This document shows positions 39,101 to 53,022 of a stretch of 64,000 bases of DNA, piece after piece. Source of the stretch: the human T2T-CHM13v2.0 reference genome, Homo sapiens. The notes under the pieces were generated by a model. The model did no database searches, was not told where the DNA came from, and saw nothing but the letters and a program-made list of their open reading frames with translations. Position 1 is the first letter of the stretch. Every line of letters starts with the position of its first letter. The translations under genes and the position numbers were made by a program. The stretch lies in assembly GCF_009914755.1 (NCBI RefSeq), contig NC_060930.1; one strand, given 5' to 3'.

Positions 39101-42100
39101 CCATAAAACCAAGACAGAAGCAATCTCAGAAACTAATGTGTGATGGCTGCATTCCACACACACGGTGGACCATTTCTCTTGATAGAGCAGTTTTGAAACA
39201 CTCTTTCTGTAGAATCTGCAAGTGGATAATTGGACCTCCTAGAGGCCTTCGTTGGAAACGGGATTTCTTCATCTAAACCTACAGAGAAGAATTCTCAGTA
39301 ACTTCTTCGGATGTGTGCATTCGACTCACAGAATGGAACATTCCCTTTGATAGAGCAGTTTTGAGACACCGTTTTTGTAGAATTCCCAAGTGGATATTTA
39401 GAGCACTTTGAAGTCTCTGCTAGAAAAGGAAACATCTTCATGTAAAAAGTAGATAGAATCGTTCTCAGAAAGTGCTTAGTGACGTGTGCGTTCAACTCAC
39501 AGAGTTTAACGTTTCTTTTGATAGAGCGTTTCTGAAACACCCTTCTTGTAGTAGCTGCAAGTGGATATTTGGACCTATTGGAGGCCTTCTTTGGAAATGG
39601 GATTTCTTCATGTAACTCTAGATTGAAGAGTTCTCAGAAACTCCTTTGTGATGTGTGCATTCAATTCAAAGAGTGAAACCTCCCTTTTCACAGAGCAGTT
39701 TTGAAACACTGTTTTTGTAGGATTTCCAAGGGGATATTTATAGCGCATTGAGCCTACGGCGGAAAAAGAAACATCTTCCTATAAAAACTAGACAGAATAC
39801 TTCTCAGAATCTGCTTTGCGATGTGTGCGTTCAACTCACAGAGTAAAACTTTTCTTTTGATAGAGCAGTTTTGAAACACTCTTTTTGTAGTATTTGCATG
39901 TGTATATTTAGAGCGCATTGAAGCCCACAGTAGAAAAGGAAATAACTTCACCTAAAACCTAGACAGAAGCAATCACAGAAACTACTTTGTGATGTGTACA
40001 TTCAACTCACAGAGTGGAACTTTCCTCTTTATAGAGCAGTGTTGAAACACTCTTTTTGTAGAAACTGCAAGTGGATATTTGGACCTCTTTGAGGCCTTCG
40101 TTGGAAACGGGATTTCTTCCTATAACCCTAGACAGAAGAATTTTCAGAAACCTCATTGTGATGTGTGCGTTCATCTCACAGAGTGGAGTCTTCCGTTTGA
40201 TAGAGAAGTTTTGAAACCCTGTTCTTGTAGGATTTCCAAGTGGATATTTAGACCACTTTGAAGCCTATGATAGAAAAGGAAACATCTTCATGGAAAACAT
40301 AGATAGAATCATCCTCAGAAACAACTTTGTGATGTGTGCGTTGAACTCACCGTCTTTAACCTTTCTTTTGGTAGAGAAGTTTTGAAACACTCTCTTTGTA
40401 AAGTCTACAAGTGGATATTTTGAGCCCTTGGAGGCATTCTTTGGAAAAGGGAATGTCTTCACATAAAAGGCAGACGGAAGTGTTCTCAGAAACTGCTTTG
40501 TGATGTCTGTGTTCAACTCACAGAGTTTAACATTTCCTTTGATAGAGCGGTTTAGTAACCCTCTCTTTGTAGAATTTGGAAGTGTATACTAAGAGCGCTT
40601 TGAGGCCTATGGTAGAAAAGGAAATATCTTTCCATAAAAGCTAGACAGAAGCAATCTCAGAAACTCCTCTGTGATGTCTGCATTCAACTCACCGAGTGGA
40701 ACATTCCTCTTGAGAGAGCAGTTTGGAAACACTCTTTCTGTAGAATCAGCTTGTTTGTATTTGGACCTCCTTGAGGCCTTCGTTGGAAACGGGTTTTCAT
40801 CTTATAAACCCAGACAGAAGAATTCTCAGAGTCTTCTTTGTGATGTGTGCTTTCAACTCACCGAGATAAAGATTTCTCTTGATAGAGCAATTTGGAAACA
40901 CTCTTTTTGTAGAATTTGCAAGGGTACATTGAGAGCGCTTTCAGGCCTATGGTAGAAAAGGGAATATCTTTCCATAAAAGGTAGACAGAAGCAATCTCAG
41001 AAACTACTTTGTGATGTGTGCATTCAACTCACCGAGTGCAACGTTCCTCTTGACCGAGCAGTTTGGAAACATTGTTTCTGTAGAATCTGCAAGTGGATAT
41101 TTGGACCTCTTTGAGGCCTTCGTTGGAAACGGGATTTCTTCCTATAAACCCAGACAGAAGAATTCTCAGAGACTTCTTTGTGATGTGTGAATTCAACTCA
41201 CAGTGTGGATCCTTCCTTTTGATAGAGCAGTTTTGAAACCCTGTTTTTGTAGTATTTCCAAGCGGATATTTGGAACGCCTTGAAGCGTATGGTAGAAAAG
41301 GAAATATCTTCCCATAAAACCTAGACAGAACCAATCTCAGAAACGACTTTGTGATGTCTGCATTCAAGTCACAGAGTTGAACATTTCTCTTGATAGAGCA
41401 GTTTTGAAACCCTCTTTCTGAAGGATCTGCAAGTGGATATTTGGAACTCCTTTGGGTCTTCGTTGGAAACGGGATTTCTTCGTATAAATCTAGACAGAAG
41501 AATTCTCCGAAACTTCTTTGGTTGTGTGCATTCAAGTCACAGAGTGGAACCTTCCTTTGGATAGAGCAGTTTGAAACGCCGTGGTTGTAGTATTTCCAAG
41601 CGGATATTAGAGCGCCTTGAGGCCTATGGTAGAAAAGGAAATATCTTCCCATAAAACCTAGACGGAAGCAATCTCAGAAACTACTGTGTGATGGCTGCAT
41701 TCCACACACACGGTGGAACATTTCTCTTGATAGAGCAGTTTTGAAACACTCTTTCTGTAGAATCTGCAAGTGGATAATTGGACCGCCTTGAGGCCTTCGT
41801 TGGAAACGGGATTTCTTCATGTTACTCTAGATAGAAGAATTCTCAAACACTGCTATGTGATGTTTGCATTCAAGTCACAGAGTGCAACATTCCTCTTGGT
41901 AGAGCAGTTGGGAAACACTCCTTTTGTAGAATCTGCAATGGGATATTTGGACTTCTTTGAGGCCTTCGTTGGAAACGGGATTTCTTCGTATGAATCTAGA
42001 CAGAAGAATTCTCAGAAACTTCCTTGTGATGTGTGCATTCAACTCAGCGAGTGGCACCTTCCTTTGGATACAGCAGTTTTGAAACACTGTTTTTGTAGTA

Positions 42101-42313
42101 TTTCCAAGCGGATATTTAGAGCGCCTTGAAGCCTATGCTAGAAATGGAAATATCTCCCCATAAAACCAAGACAGAAGCAATCTCAGAAACTAATGTGTGA
42201 TGGCTGCATTCCACACACACGGTGGACCATTTCTCTTGATAGAGCAGTTTTGAAACACTCTTTCTGTAGAATCTGCAAGTGGATAATTGGACCTCCTAGA
42301 GGCCTTCGTTGGA
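36200..42313 (+). repeat. HOR units U14-U15, two 18-mers (starts 36200, 39257)
   Basis: Marker spacings 36238->39295->42352, each 3057. Confidence 0.95.
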
Positions 42314-45300
42314 AACGGGATTTCTTCATCTAAACCTACAGAGAAGAATTCTCAGTAACTTCTTCGGATGTGTGCATTCGACTCACAGAATGGAACATTC
42401 CCTTTGATAGAGCAGTTTTGAGACACCGTTTTTGTAGAATTCCCAAGTGGATATTTAGAGCACTTTGAAGTCTCTGCTAGAAAAGGAAACATCTTCATGT
42501 AAAAAGTAGATAGAATCGTTCTCAGAAAGTGCTTAGTGACGTGTGCGTTCAACTCACAGAGTTTAACGTTTCTTTTGATAGAGCGTTTCTGAAACACCCT
42601 TCTTGTAGTAGCTGCAAGTGGATATTTGGACCTATTGGAGGCCTTCTTTGGAAATGGGATTTCTTCATGTAACTCTAGATTGAAGAGTTCTCAGAAACTC
42701 CTTTGTGATGTGTGCATTCAATTCAAAGAGTGAAACCTCCCTTTTCACAGAGCAGTTTTGAAACACTGTTTTTGTAGGATTTCCAAGGGGATATTTATAG
42801 CGCATTGAGCCTACGGCGGAAAAAGAAACATCTTCCTATAAAAACTAGACAGAATACTTCTCAGAATCTGCTTTGCGATGTGTGCGTTCAACTCACAGAG
42901 TAAAACTTTTCTTTTGATAGAGCAGTTTTGAAACACTCTTTTTGTAGTATTTGCATGTGTATATTTAGAGCGCATTGAAGCCCACAGTAGAAAAGGAAGT
43001 AACTTCACCTAAAACCTAGACAGAAGCAATCACAGAAACTACTTTGTGATGTGTACATTCAACTCACAGAGTGGAACTTTCCTCTTTATAGAGCAGTGTT
43101 GAAACACTCTTTTTGTAGAAACTGCAAGTGGATATTTGGACCTCTTTGAGGCCTTCGTTGGAAACGGGATTTCTTCCTATAACCCTAGACAGAAGAATTT
43201 TCAGAAACCTCATTGTGATGTGTGCGTTCATCTCACAGAGTGGAGTCTTCCGTTTGATAGAGAAGTTTTGAAACCCTGTTCTTGTAGGATTTCCAAGTGG
43301 ATATTTAGACCACTTTGAAGCCTATGATAGAAAAGGAAACATCTTCATGGAAAACATAGATAGAATCATCCTCAGAAACAACTTTGTGATGTGTGCGTTG
43401 AACTCACCGTCTTTAACCTTTCTTTTGGTAGAGAAGTTTTGAAACACTCTCTTTGTAAAGTCTACAAGTGGATATTTTGAGCCCTTGGAGGCATTCTTTG
43501 GAAAAGGGAATGTCTTCACATAAAAGGCAGACGGAAGTGTTCTCAGAAACTGCTTTGTGATGTCTGTGTTCAACTCACAGAGTTTAACATTTCCTTTGAT
43601 AGAGCGGTTTAGTAACCCTCTCTTTGTAGAATTTGGAAGTGTATACTAAGAGCGCTTTGAGGCCTATGGTAGAAAAGGAAATATCTTTCCATAAAAGCTA
43701 GACAGAAGCAATCTCAGAAACTCCTCTGTGATGTCTGCATTCAACTCACCGAGTGGAACATTCCTCTTGAGAGAGCAGTTTGGAAACACTCTTTCTGTAG
43801 AATCAGCTTGTTTGTATTTGGACCTCCTTGAGGCCTTCGTTGGAAACGGGTTTTCATCTTATAAACCCAGACAGAAGAATTCTCAGAGTCTTCTTTGTGA
43901 TGTGTGCTTTCAACTCACCGAGATAAAGATTTCTCTTGATAGAGCAATTTGGAAACACTCTTTTTGTAGAATTTGCAAGGGTACATTGAGAGCGCTTTCA
44001 GGCCTATGGTAGAAAAGGGAATATCTTTCCATAAAAGGTAGACAGAAGCAATCTCAGAAACTACTTTGTGATGTGTGCATTCAACTCACCGAGTGCAACG
44101 TTCCTCTTGACCGAGCAGTTTGGAAACATTGTTTCTGTAGAATCTGCAAGTGGATATTTGGACCTCTTTGAGGCCTTCGTTGGAAACGGGATTTCTTCCT
44201 ATAAACCCAGACAGAAGAATTCTCAGAGACTTCTTTGTGATGTGTGAATTCAACTCACAGTGTGGATCCTTCCTTTTGATAGAGCAGTTTTGAAACCCTG
44301 TTTTTGTAGTATTTCCAAGCGGATATTTGGAACGCCTTGAAGCGTATGGTAGAAAAGGAAATATCTTCCCATAAAACCTAGACAGAACCAATCTCAGAAA
44401 CGACTTTGTGATGTCTGCATTCAAGTCACAGAGTTGAACATTTCTCTTGATAGAGCAGTTTTGAAACCCTCTTTCTGAAGGATCTGCAAGTGGATATTTG
44501 GAACTCCTTTGGGTCTTCGTTGGAAACGGGATTTCTTCGTATAAATCTAGACAGAAGAATTCTCAGAAACTTCCTTGTGATGTGTGCATTCAACTCAGCG
44601 AGTGGCACCTTCCTTTGGATACAGCAGTTTTGAAACACTGTTTTTGTAGTATTTCCAAGCGGATATTTAGAGCGCCTTGAAGCCTATGCTAGAAATGGAA
44701 ATATCTCCCCATAAAACCAAGACGGAAGCAATCTCAGAAACTAATGTGTGATGGCTGCATTCCACACACACGGTGGACCATTTCTCTTGATAGAGCAGTT
44801 TTGAAACACTCTTTCTGTAGAATCTGCAAGTGGATAATTGGACCTCCTAGAGGCCTTCGTTGGAAACGGGATTTCTTCATCTAAACCTACAGAGAAGTAT
44901 TCTCAGTAACTTCTTCGGATGTGTGCATTCGACGCACAGAATGGAACATTCCCTTTGATAGAGCAGTTTTGAGACACCGTTTTTGTAGAATTCCCAAGTG
45001 GATATTTAGAGCACTTTGAAGTCTCTGCTAGAAAAGGAAACATCTTCATGTAAAAAGTAGATAGAATCGTTCTCAGAAAGTGCTTAGTGTCGTGTGCGTT
45101 CAACTCACAGAGTTTAACGTTTCTTTTGATAGAGCGTTTCTGAAACACCCTTCTTGTAGTAGCTGCAAGTGGATATTTGGACCTATTGGAGGCCTTCTTT
45201 GGAAATGGGATTTCTTCATGTAACTCTAGATTGAAGAATTCTCAGAAACTCCTTTGTGATGTGTGCATTCAATTCAAAGAGTGAAACCTCTCTTTTCACA

Positions 45301-47415
45301 GAGCAGTTTTGAAACACTGTTTTTGTAGGATTTCCAAGGGGATATTTATAGCGCATTGAGCCTACGGCGGAAAAAGAAACATCTTCCTATAAAAACTAGA
45401 CAGAATACTTCTCAGAATCTGCTTTGCGATGTGTGCGTTCAACTCACAGAGTAAAACTTTTCTTTTGATAGAGCAGTTTTGAAACACTCTTTTTGTAGTA
45501 TTTGCATGTGTATATTTAGAGCGCATTGAAGCCCACAGTAGAAAAGGAAATAACTTCACCTAAAACCTAGACAGAAGCAATCTCAGAAACTACTTTGTGA
45601 TGTGTACATTCAACTCACAGAGTGGAACTTTCCTCTTTATAGAGCAGTGTTGAAACACTCTTTTTGTAGAAACTGCAAGTGGATATTTGGACCTCTTTGA
45701 GGCCTTCGTTGGAAACGGGATTTCTTCCTATAACCCTAGACAGAAGAATTTTCAGAAACCTCATTGTGATGTGTGCGTTCATCTCACAGAGTGGAGTCTT
45801 CCGTTTGATAGAGAAGTTTTGAAACCCTGTTCTTGTAGGATTTCCAAGTGGATATTTAGACCACTTTGAAGCCTATGATAGAAAAGGAAACATCTTCATG
45901 GAAAACATAGATAGAATCATCCTCAGAAACAACTTTGTGATGTGTGCGTTGAACTCACCGTCTTTAACCTTTCTTTTGGTAGAGAAGTTTTGAAACACTC
46001 TCTTTGTAAAGTCTACAAGTGGATATTTTGAGCCCTTGGAGGCATTCTTTGGAAAAGGGAATGTCTTCACATAAAAGGCAGACGGAAGTGTTCTCAGAAA
46101 CTGCTTTGTGATGTCTGTGTTCAACTCACAGAGTTTAACATTTCCTTTGATAGAGCGGTTTAGTAACCCTCTCTTTGTAGAATTTGGAAGTGTATACTAA
46201 GAGCGCTTTGAGGCCTATGGTAGAAAAGGAAATATCTTTCCATAAAAGCTAGACAGAAGCAATCTCAGAAACTCCTCTGTGATGTCTGCATTCAACTCAC
46301 CGAGTGGAACATTCCTCTTGATAGAGCAGTTTGGAAACACTCTTTCTGTAGAATCAGCTTGTTTGTATTTGGACCTCCTTGAGGCCTTCGTTGGAAACGG
46401 GTTTTCATCTTATAAACCCAGACAGAAGAATTCTCAGAGTCTTCTTTGTGATGTGTGCTTTCAACTCACCGAGATAAAGATTTCTCTTGATAGAGCAATT
46501 TGGAAACACTCTTTTTGTAGAATTTGCAAGGGTACATTGAGAGCGCTTTCAGGCCTATGGTAGAAAAGGGAATATCTTTCCATAAAAGGTAGACAGAAGC
46601 AATCTCAGAAACTACTTTGTGATGTGTGCATTCAACTCACCGAGTGCAACGTTCCTCTTGACCGAGCAGTTTGGAAACATTGTTTCTGTAGAATCTGCAA
46701 GTGGATATTTGGACCTCTTTGAGGCCTTCGTTGGAAACGGGATTTCTTCCTATAAACCCAGACAGAAGAATTCTCAGAGACTTCTTTGTGATGTGTGAAT
46801 TCAACTCACAGTGTGGATCCTTCCTTTTGATAGAGCAGTTTTGAAACCCTGTTTTTGTAGTATTTCCAAGCGGATATTTGGAACGCCTTGAAGCGTATGG
46901 TAGAAAAGGAAATATCTTCCCATAAAACCTAGACAGAACCAATCTCAGAAACGACTTTGTGATGTCTGCATTCAAGTCACAGAGTTGAACATTTCTCTTG
47001 ATAGAGCAGTTTTGAAACCCTCTTTCTGAAGGATCTGCAAGTGGATATTTGGAACTCCTTTGGGTCTTCGTTGGAAACGGGATTTCTTCGTATAAATCTA
47101 GACAGAAGAATTCTCAGAAACTTCCTTGTGATGTGTGCATTCAACTCAGCGAGTGGCACCTTCCTTTGGATACAGCAGTTTTGAAACACTGTTTTTGTAG
47201 TATTTCCAAGCGGATATTTAGAGCGCCTTGAAGCCTATGCTAGAAATGGAAATATCTCCCCATAAAACCAAGACGGAAGCAATCTCAGAAACTAATGTGT
47301 GATGGCTGCATTCCACACACACGGTGGACCATTTCTCTTGATAGAGCAGTTTTGAAACACTCTTTCTGTAGAATCTGCAAGTGGATAATTGGACCTCCTA
47401 GAGGCCTTCGTTGGA
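42314..47415 (+). repeat. HOR units U16-U17, two 15-mers (starts 42314, 44865)
   Basis: Marker spacings 42352->44903->47454, each 2551. Confidence 0.95.
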
Positions 47416-49965
47416 AACGGGATTTCTTCATCTAAACCTACAGAGAAGTATTCTCAGTAACTTCTTCGGATGTGTGCATTCGACGCACAGAATGGAACAT
47501 TCCCTTTGATAGAGCAGTTTTGAGACACCGTTTTTGTAGAATTCCCAAGTGGATATTTAGAGCACTTTGAAGTCTCTGCTAGAAAAGGAAACATCTTCAT
47601 GTAAAAAGTAGATAGAATCGTTCTCAGAAAGTGCTTAGTGTCGTGTGCGTTCAACTCACAGAGTTTAACGTTTCTTTTGATAGAGCGTTTCTGAAACACC
47701 CTTCTTGTAGTAGCTGCAAGTGGATATTTGGACCTATTGGAGGCCTTCTTTGGAAATGGGATTTCTTCATGTAACTCTAGATTGAAGAATTCTCAGAAAC
47801 TCCTTTGTGATGTGTGCATTCAATTCAAAGAGTGAAACCTCTCTTTTCACAGAGCAGTTTTGAAACACTGTTTTTGTAGGATTTCCAAGGGGATATTTAT
47901 AGCGCATTGAGCCTACGGCGGAAAAAGAAACATCTTCCTATAAAAACTAGACAGAATACTTCTCAGAATCTGCTTTGCGATGTGTGCGTTCAACTCACAG
48001 AGTAAAACTTTTCTTTTGATAGAGCAGTTTTGAAACACTCTTTTTGTAGTATTTGCATGTGTATATTTAGAGCGCATTGAAGCCCACAGTAGAAAAGGAA
48101 ATAACTTCACCTAAAACCTAGACAGAAGCAATCTCAGAAACTACTTTGTGATGTGTACATTCAACTCACAGAGTGGAACTTTCCTCTTTATAGAGCAGTG
48201 TTGAAACACTCTTTTTGTAGAAACTGCAAGTGGATATTTGGACCTCTTTGAGGCCTTCGTTGGAAACGGGATTTCTTCCTATAACCCTAGACAGAAGAAT
48301 TTTCAGAAACCTCATTGTGATGTGTGCGTTCATCTCACAGAGTGGAGTCTTCCGTTTGATAGAGAAGTTTTGAAACCCTGTTCTTGTAGGATTTCCAAGT
48401 GGATATTTAGACCACTTTGAAGCCTATGATAGAAAAGGAAACATCTTCATGGAAAACATAGATAGAATCATCCTCAGAAACAACTTTGTGATGTGTGCGT
48501 TGAACTCACCGTCTTTAACCTTTCTTTTGGTAGAGAAGTTTTGAAACACTCTCTTTGTAAAGTCTACAAGTGGATATTTTGAGCCCTTGGAGGCATTCTT
48601 TGGAAAAGGGAATGTCTTCACATAAAAGGCAGACGGAAGTGTTCTCAGAAACTGCTTTGTGATGTCTGTGTTCAACTCACAGAGTTTAACATTTCCTTTG
48701 ATAGAGCGGTTTAGTAACCCTCTCTTTGTAGAATTTGGAAGTGTATACTAAGAGCGCTTTGAGGCCTATGGTAGAAAAGGAAATATCTTTCCATAAAAGC
48801 TAGACAGAAGCAATCTCAGAAACTCCTCTGTGATGTCTGCATTCAACTCACCGAGTGGAACATTCCTCTTGAGAGAGCAGTTTGGAAACACTCTTTCTGT
48901 AGAATCAGCTTGTTTGTATTTGGACCTCCTTGAGGCCTTCGTTGGAAACGGGTTTTCATCTTATAAACCCAGACAGAAGAATTCTCAGAGTCTTCTTTGT
49001 GATGTGTGCTTTCAACTCACCGAGATAAAGATTTCTCTTGATAGAGCAATTTGGAAACACTCTTTTTGTAGAATTTGCAAGGGTACATTGAGAGCGCTTT
49101 CAGGCCTATGGTAGAAAAGGGAATATCTTTCCATAAAAGGTAGACAGAAGCAATCTCAGAAACTACTTTGTGATGTGTGCATTCAACTCACCGAGTGCAA
49201 CGTTCCTCTTGACCGAGCAGTTTGGAAACATTGTTTCTGTAGAATCTGCAAGTGGATATTTGGACCTCTTTGAGGCCTTCGTTGGAAACGGGATTTCTTC
49301 CTATAAACCCAGACAGAAGAATTCTCAGAGACTTCTTTGTGATGTGTGAATTCAACTCACAGTGTGGATCCTTCCTTTTGATAGAGCAGTTTTGAAACCC
49401 TGTTTTTGTAGTATTTCCAAGCGGATATTTGGAACGCCTTGAAGCGTATGGTAGAAAAGGAAATATCTTCCCATAAAACCTAGACAGAACCAATCTCAGA
49501 AACGACTTTGTGATGTCTGCATTCAAGTCACAGAGTTGAACATTTCTCTTGATAGAGCAGTTTTGAAACCCTCTTTCTGAAGGATCTGCAAGTGGATATT
49601 TGGAACTCCTTTGGGTCTTCGTTGGAAACGGGATTTCTTCGTATAAATCTAGACAGAAGAATTCTCCGAAACTTCTTTGGTTGTGTGCATTCAAGTCACA
49701 GAGTGGAACCTTCCTTTGGATACAGCAGTTTTGAAACACTGTTTTTGTAGTATTTCCAAGCGGATATTTAGAGCGCCTTGAAGCCTATGCTAGAAATGGA
49801 AATATCTCCCCATAAAACCAAGACGGAAGCAATCTCAGAAACTAATGTGTGATGGCTGCATTCCACACACACGGTGGACCATTTCTCTTGATAGAGCAGT
49901 TTTGAAACACTCTTTCTGTAGAATCTGCAAGTGGATAATTGGACCTCCTAGAGGCCTTCGTTGGA
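47416..49965 (+). repeat. HOR unit U18, atypical 15-mer (2550 bp) with a shifted junction
   Basis: Marker spacing 47454->50004 = 2550. It retains the 18-mer-type CTCCGAAACTTCTTTGGTTG...GAGTGGAACC and then switches to GGATACAGCAGTTTTGAAACACTG at ~49708-49723. Confidence 0.93.
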
Positions 49966-52900
49966 AACGGGATTTCTTCATCTAAACCTACAGAGAAGTA
50001 TTCTCAGTAACTTCTTCGGATGTGTGCATTCGACGCACAGAATGGAACATTCCCTTTGATAGAGCAGTTTTGAGACACCGTTTTTGTAGAATTCCCAAGT
50101 GGATATTTAGAGCACTTTGAAGTCTCTGCTAGAAAAGGAAACATCTTCATGTAAAAAGTAGATAGAATCGTTCTCAGAAAGTGCTTAGTGTCGTGTGCGT
50201 TCAACTCACAGAGTTTAACGTTTCTTTTGATAGAGCGTTTCTGAAACACCCTTCTTGTAGTAGCTGCAAGTGGATATTTGGACCTATTGGAGGCCTTCTT
50301 TGGAAATGGGATTTCTTCATGTAACTCTAGATTGAAGAATTCTCAGAAACTCCTTTGTGATGTGTGCATTCAATTCAAAGAGTGAAACCTCTCTTTTCAC
50401 AGAGCAGTTTTGAAACACTGTTTTTGTAGGATTTCCAAGGGGATATTTATAGCGCATTGAGCCTACGGCGGAAAAAGAAACATCTTCCTATAAAAACTAG
50501 ACAGAATACTTCTCAGAATCTGCTTTGCGATGTGTGCGTTCAACTCACAGAGTAAAACTTTTCTTTTGATAGAGCAGTTTTGAAACACTCTTTTTGTAGT
50601 ATTTGCATGTGTATATTTAGAGCGCATTGAAGCCCACAGTAGAAAAGGAAATAACTTCACCTAAAACCTAGACAGAAGCAATCTCAGAAACTACTTTGTG
50701 ATGTGTACATTCAACTCACAGAGTGGAACTTTCCTCTTTATAGAGCAGTGTTGAAACACTCTTTTTGTAGAAACTGCAAGTGGATATTTGGACCTCTTTG
50801 AGGCCTTCGTTGGAAACGGGATTTCTTCCTATAACCCTAGACAGAAGAATTTTCAGAAACCTCATTGTGATGTGTGCGTTCATCTCACAGAGTGGAGTCT
50901 TCCGTTTGATAGAGAAGTTTTGAAACCCTGTTCTTGTAGGATTTCCAAGTGGATATTTAGACCACTTTGAAGCCTATGATAGAAAAGGAAACATCTTCAT
51001 GGAAAACATACATAGAATCATCCTCAGAAACAACTTTGTGATGTGTGCGTTGAACTCACCGTCTTTAACCTTTCTTTTGGTAGAGAAGTTTTGAAACACT
51101 CTCTTTGTAAAGTCTACAAGTGGATATTTTGAGCCCTTGGAGGCATTCTTTGGAAAAGGGAATGTCTTCACATAAAAGGCAGACGGAAGTGTTCTCAGAA
51201 ACTGCTTTGTGATGTCTGTGTTCAACTCACAGAGTTTAACATTTCCTTTGATAGAGCGGTTTAGTAACCCTCTCTTTGTAGAATTTGGAAGTGTATACTA
51301 AGAGCGCTTTGAGGCCTATGGTAGAAAAGGAAATATCTTTCCATAAAAGCTAGACAGAAGCAATCTCAGAAACTCCTCTGTGATGTCTGCATTCAACTCA
51401 CCGAGTGGAACATTCCTCTTGATAGAGCAGTTTGGAAACACTCTTTCTGTAGAATCAGCTTGTTTGTATTTGGACCTCCTTGAGGCCTTCGTTGGAAACG
51501 GGTTTTCATCTTATAAACCCAGACAGAAGAATTCTCAGAGTCTTCTTTGTGATGTGTGCTTTCAACTCACCGAGATAAAGATTTCTCTTGATAGAGCAAT
51601 TTGGAAACACTCTTTTTGTAGAATTTGCAAGGGTACATTGAGAGCGCTTTCAGGCCTATGGTAGAAAAGGGAATATCTTTCCATAAAAGGTAGACAGAAG
51701 CAATCTCAGAAACTACTTTGTGATGTGTGCATTCAACTCACCGAGTGCAACGTTCCTCTTGACCGAGCAGTTTGGAAACATTGTTTCTGTAGAATCTGCA
51801 AGTGGATATTTGGACCTCTTTGAGGCCTTCGTTGGAAACGGGATTTCTTCCTATAAACCCAGACAGAAGAATTCTCAGAGACTTCTTTGTGATGTGTGAA
51901 TTCAACTCACAGTGTGGATCCTTCCTTTTGATAGAGCAGTTTTGAAACCCTGTTTTTGTAGTATTTCCAAGCGGATATTTGGAACGCCTTGAAGCGTATG
52001 GTAGAAAAGGAAATATCTTCCCATAAAACCTAGACAGAACCAATCTCAGAAACGACTTTGTGATGTCTGCATTCAACTCACAGAGTTGAACATTTCTCTT
52101 GATAGAGCAGTTTTGAAACCCTCTTTCTGAAGGATCTGCAAGTGGATATTTGGAACTCCTTTGGGTCTTCGTTGGAAACGGGATTTCTTCGTATAAATCT
52201 AGACAGAAGAATTCTCCGAAACTTCTTTGGTTGTGTGCATTCAAGTCACAGAGTGGAACCTTCCTTTGGATAGAGCAGTTTGAAACGCCGTGGTTGTAGT
52301 ATTTCCAAGCGGATATTAGAGCGCCTTGAGGCCTATGGTAGAAAAGGAAATATCTTCCCATAAAACCTAGACGGAAGCAATCTCAGAAACTACTGTGTGA
52401 TGGCTGCATTCCACACACACGGTGGAACATTTCTCTTGATAGAGCAGTTTTGAAACACTCTTTCTGTAGAATCTGCAAGTGGATAATTGGACCGCCTTGA
52501 GGCCTTCGTTGGAAACGGGATTTCTTCATGTTACTCTAGATAGAAGAATTCTCAAACACTGCTATGTGATGTTTGCATTCAAGTCACAGAGTGCAACATT
52601 CCTCTTGGTAGAGCAGTTGGGAAACACTCCTTTTGTAGAATCTGCAATGGGATATTTGGACTTCTTTGAGGCCTTCGTTGGAAACGGGATTTCTTCGTAT
52701 GAATCTAGACAGAAGAATTCTCAGAAACTTCCTTGTGATGTGTACATTCAACTCAGCGAGTGGCACCTTCCTTTGGATACAGCAGTTTTGAAACACTGTT
52801 TTTGTAGTATTTCCAAGCGGATATTTAGAGCGCCTTGAAGCCTATGCTAGAAATGGAAATATCTCCCCATAAAACCAAGACGGAAGCAATCTCAGAAACT

Positions 52901-53022
52901 AATGTGTGATGGCTGCATTCCACACACACGGTGGACCATTTCTCTTGATAGAGCAGTTTTGAAACACTCTTTCTGTAGAATCTGCAAGTGGATAATTGGA
53001 CCTCCTAGAGGCCTTCGTTGGA
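49966..53022 (+). repeat. HOR unit U19, 18-mer
   Basis: Marker spacing 50004->53061 = 3057. Confidence 0.95.
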
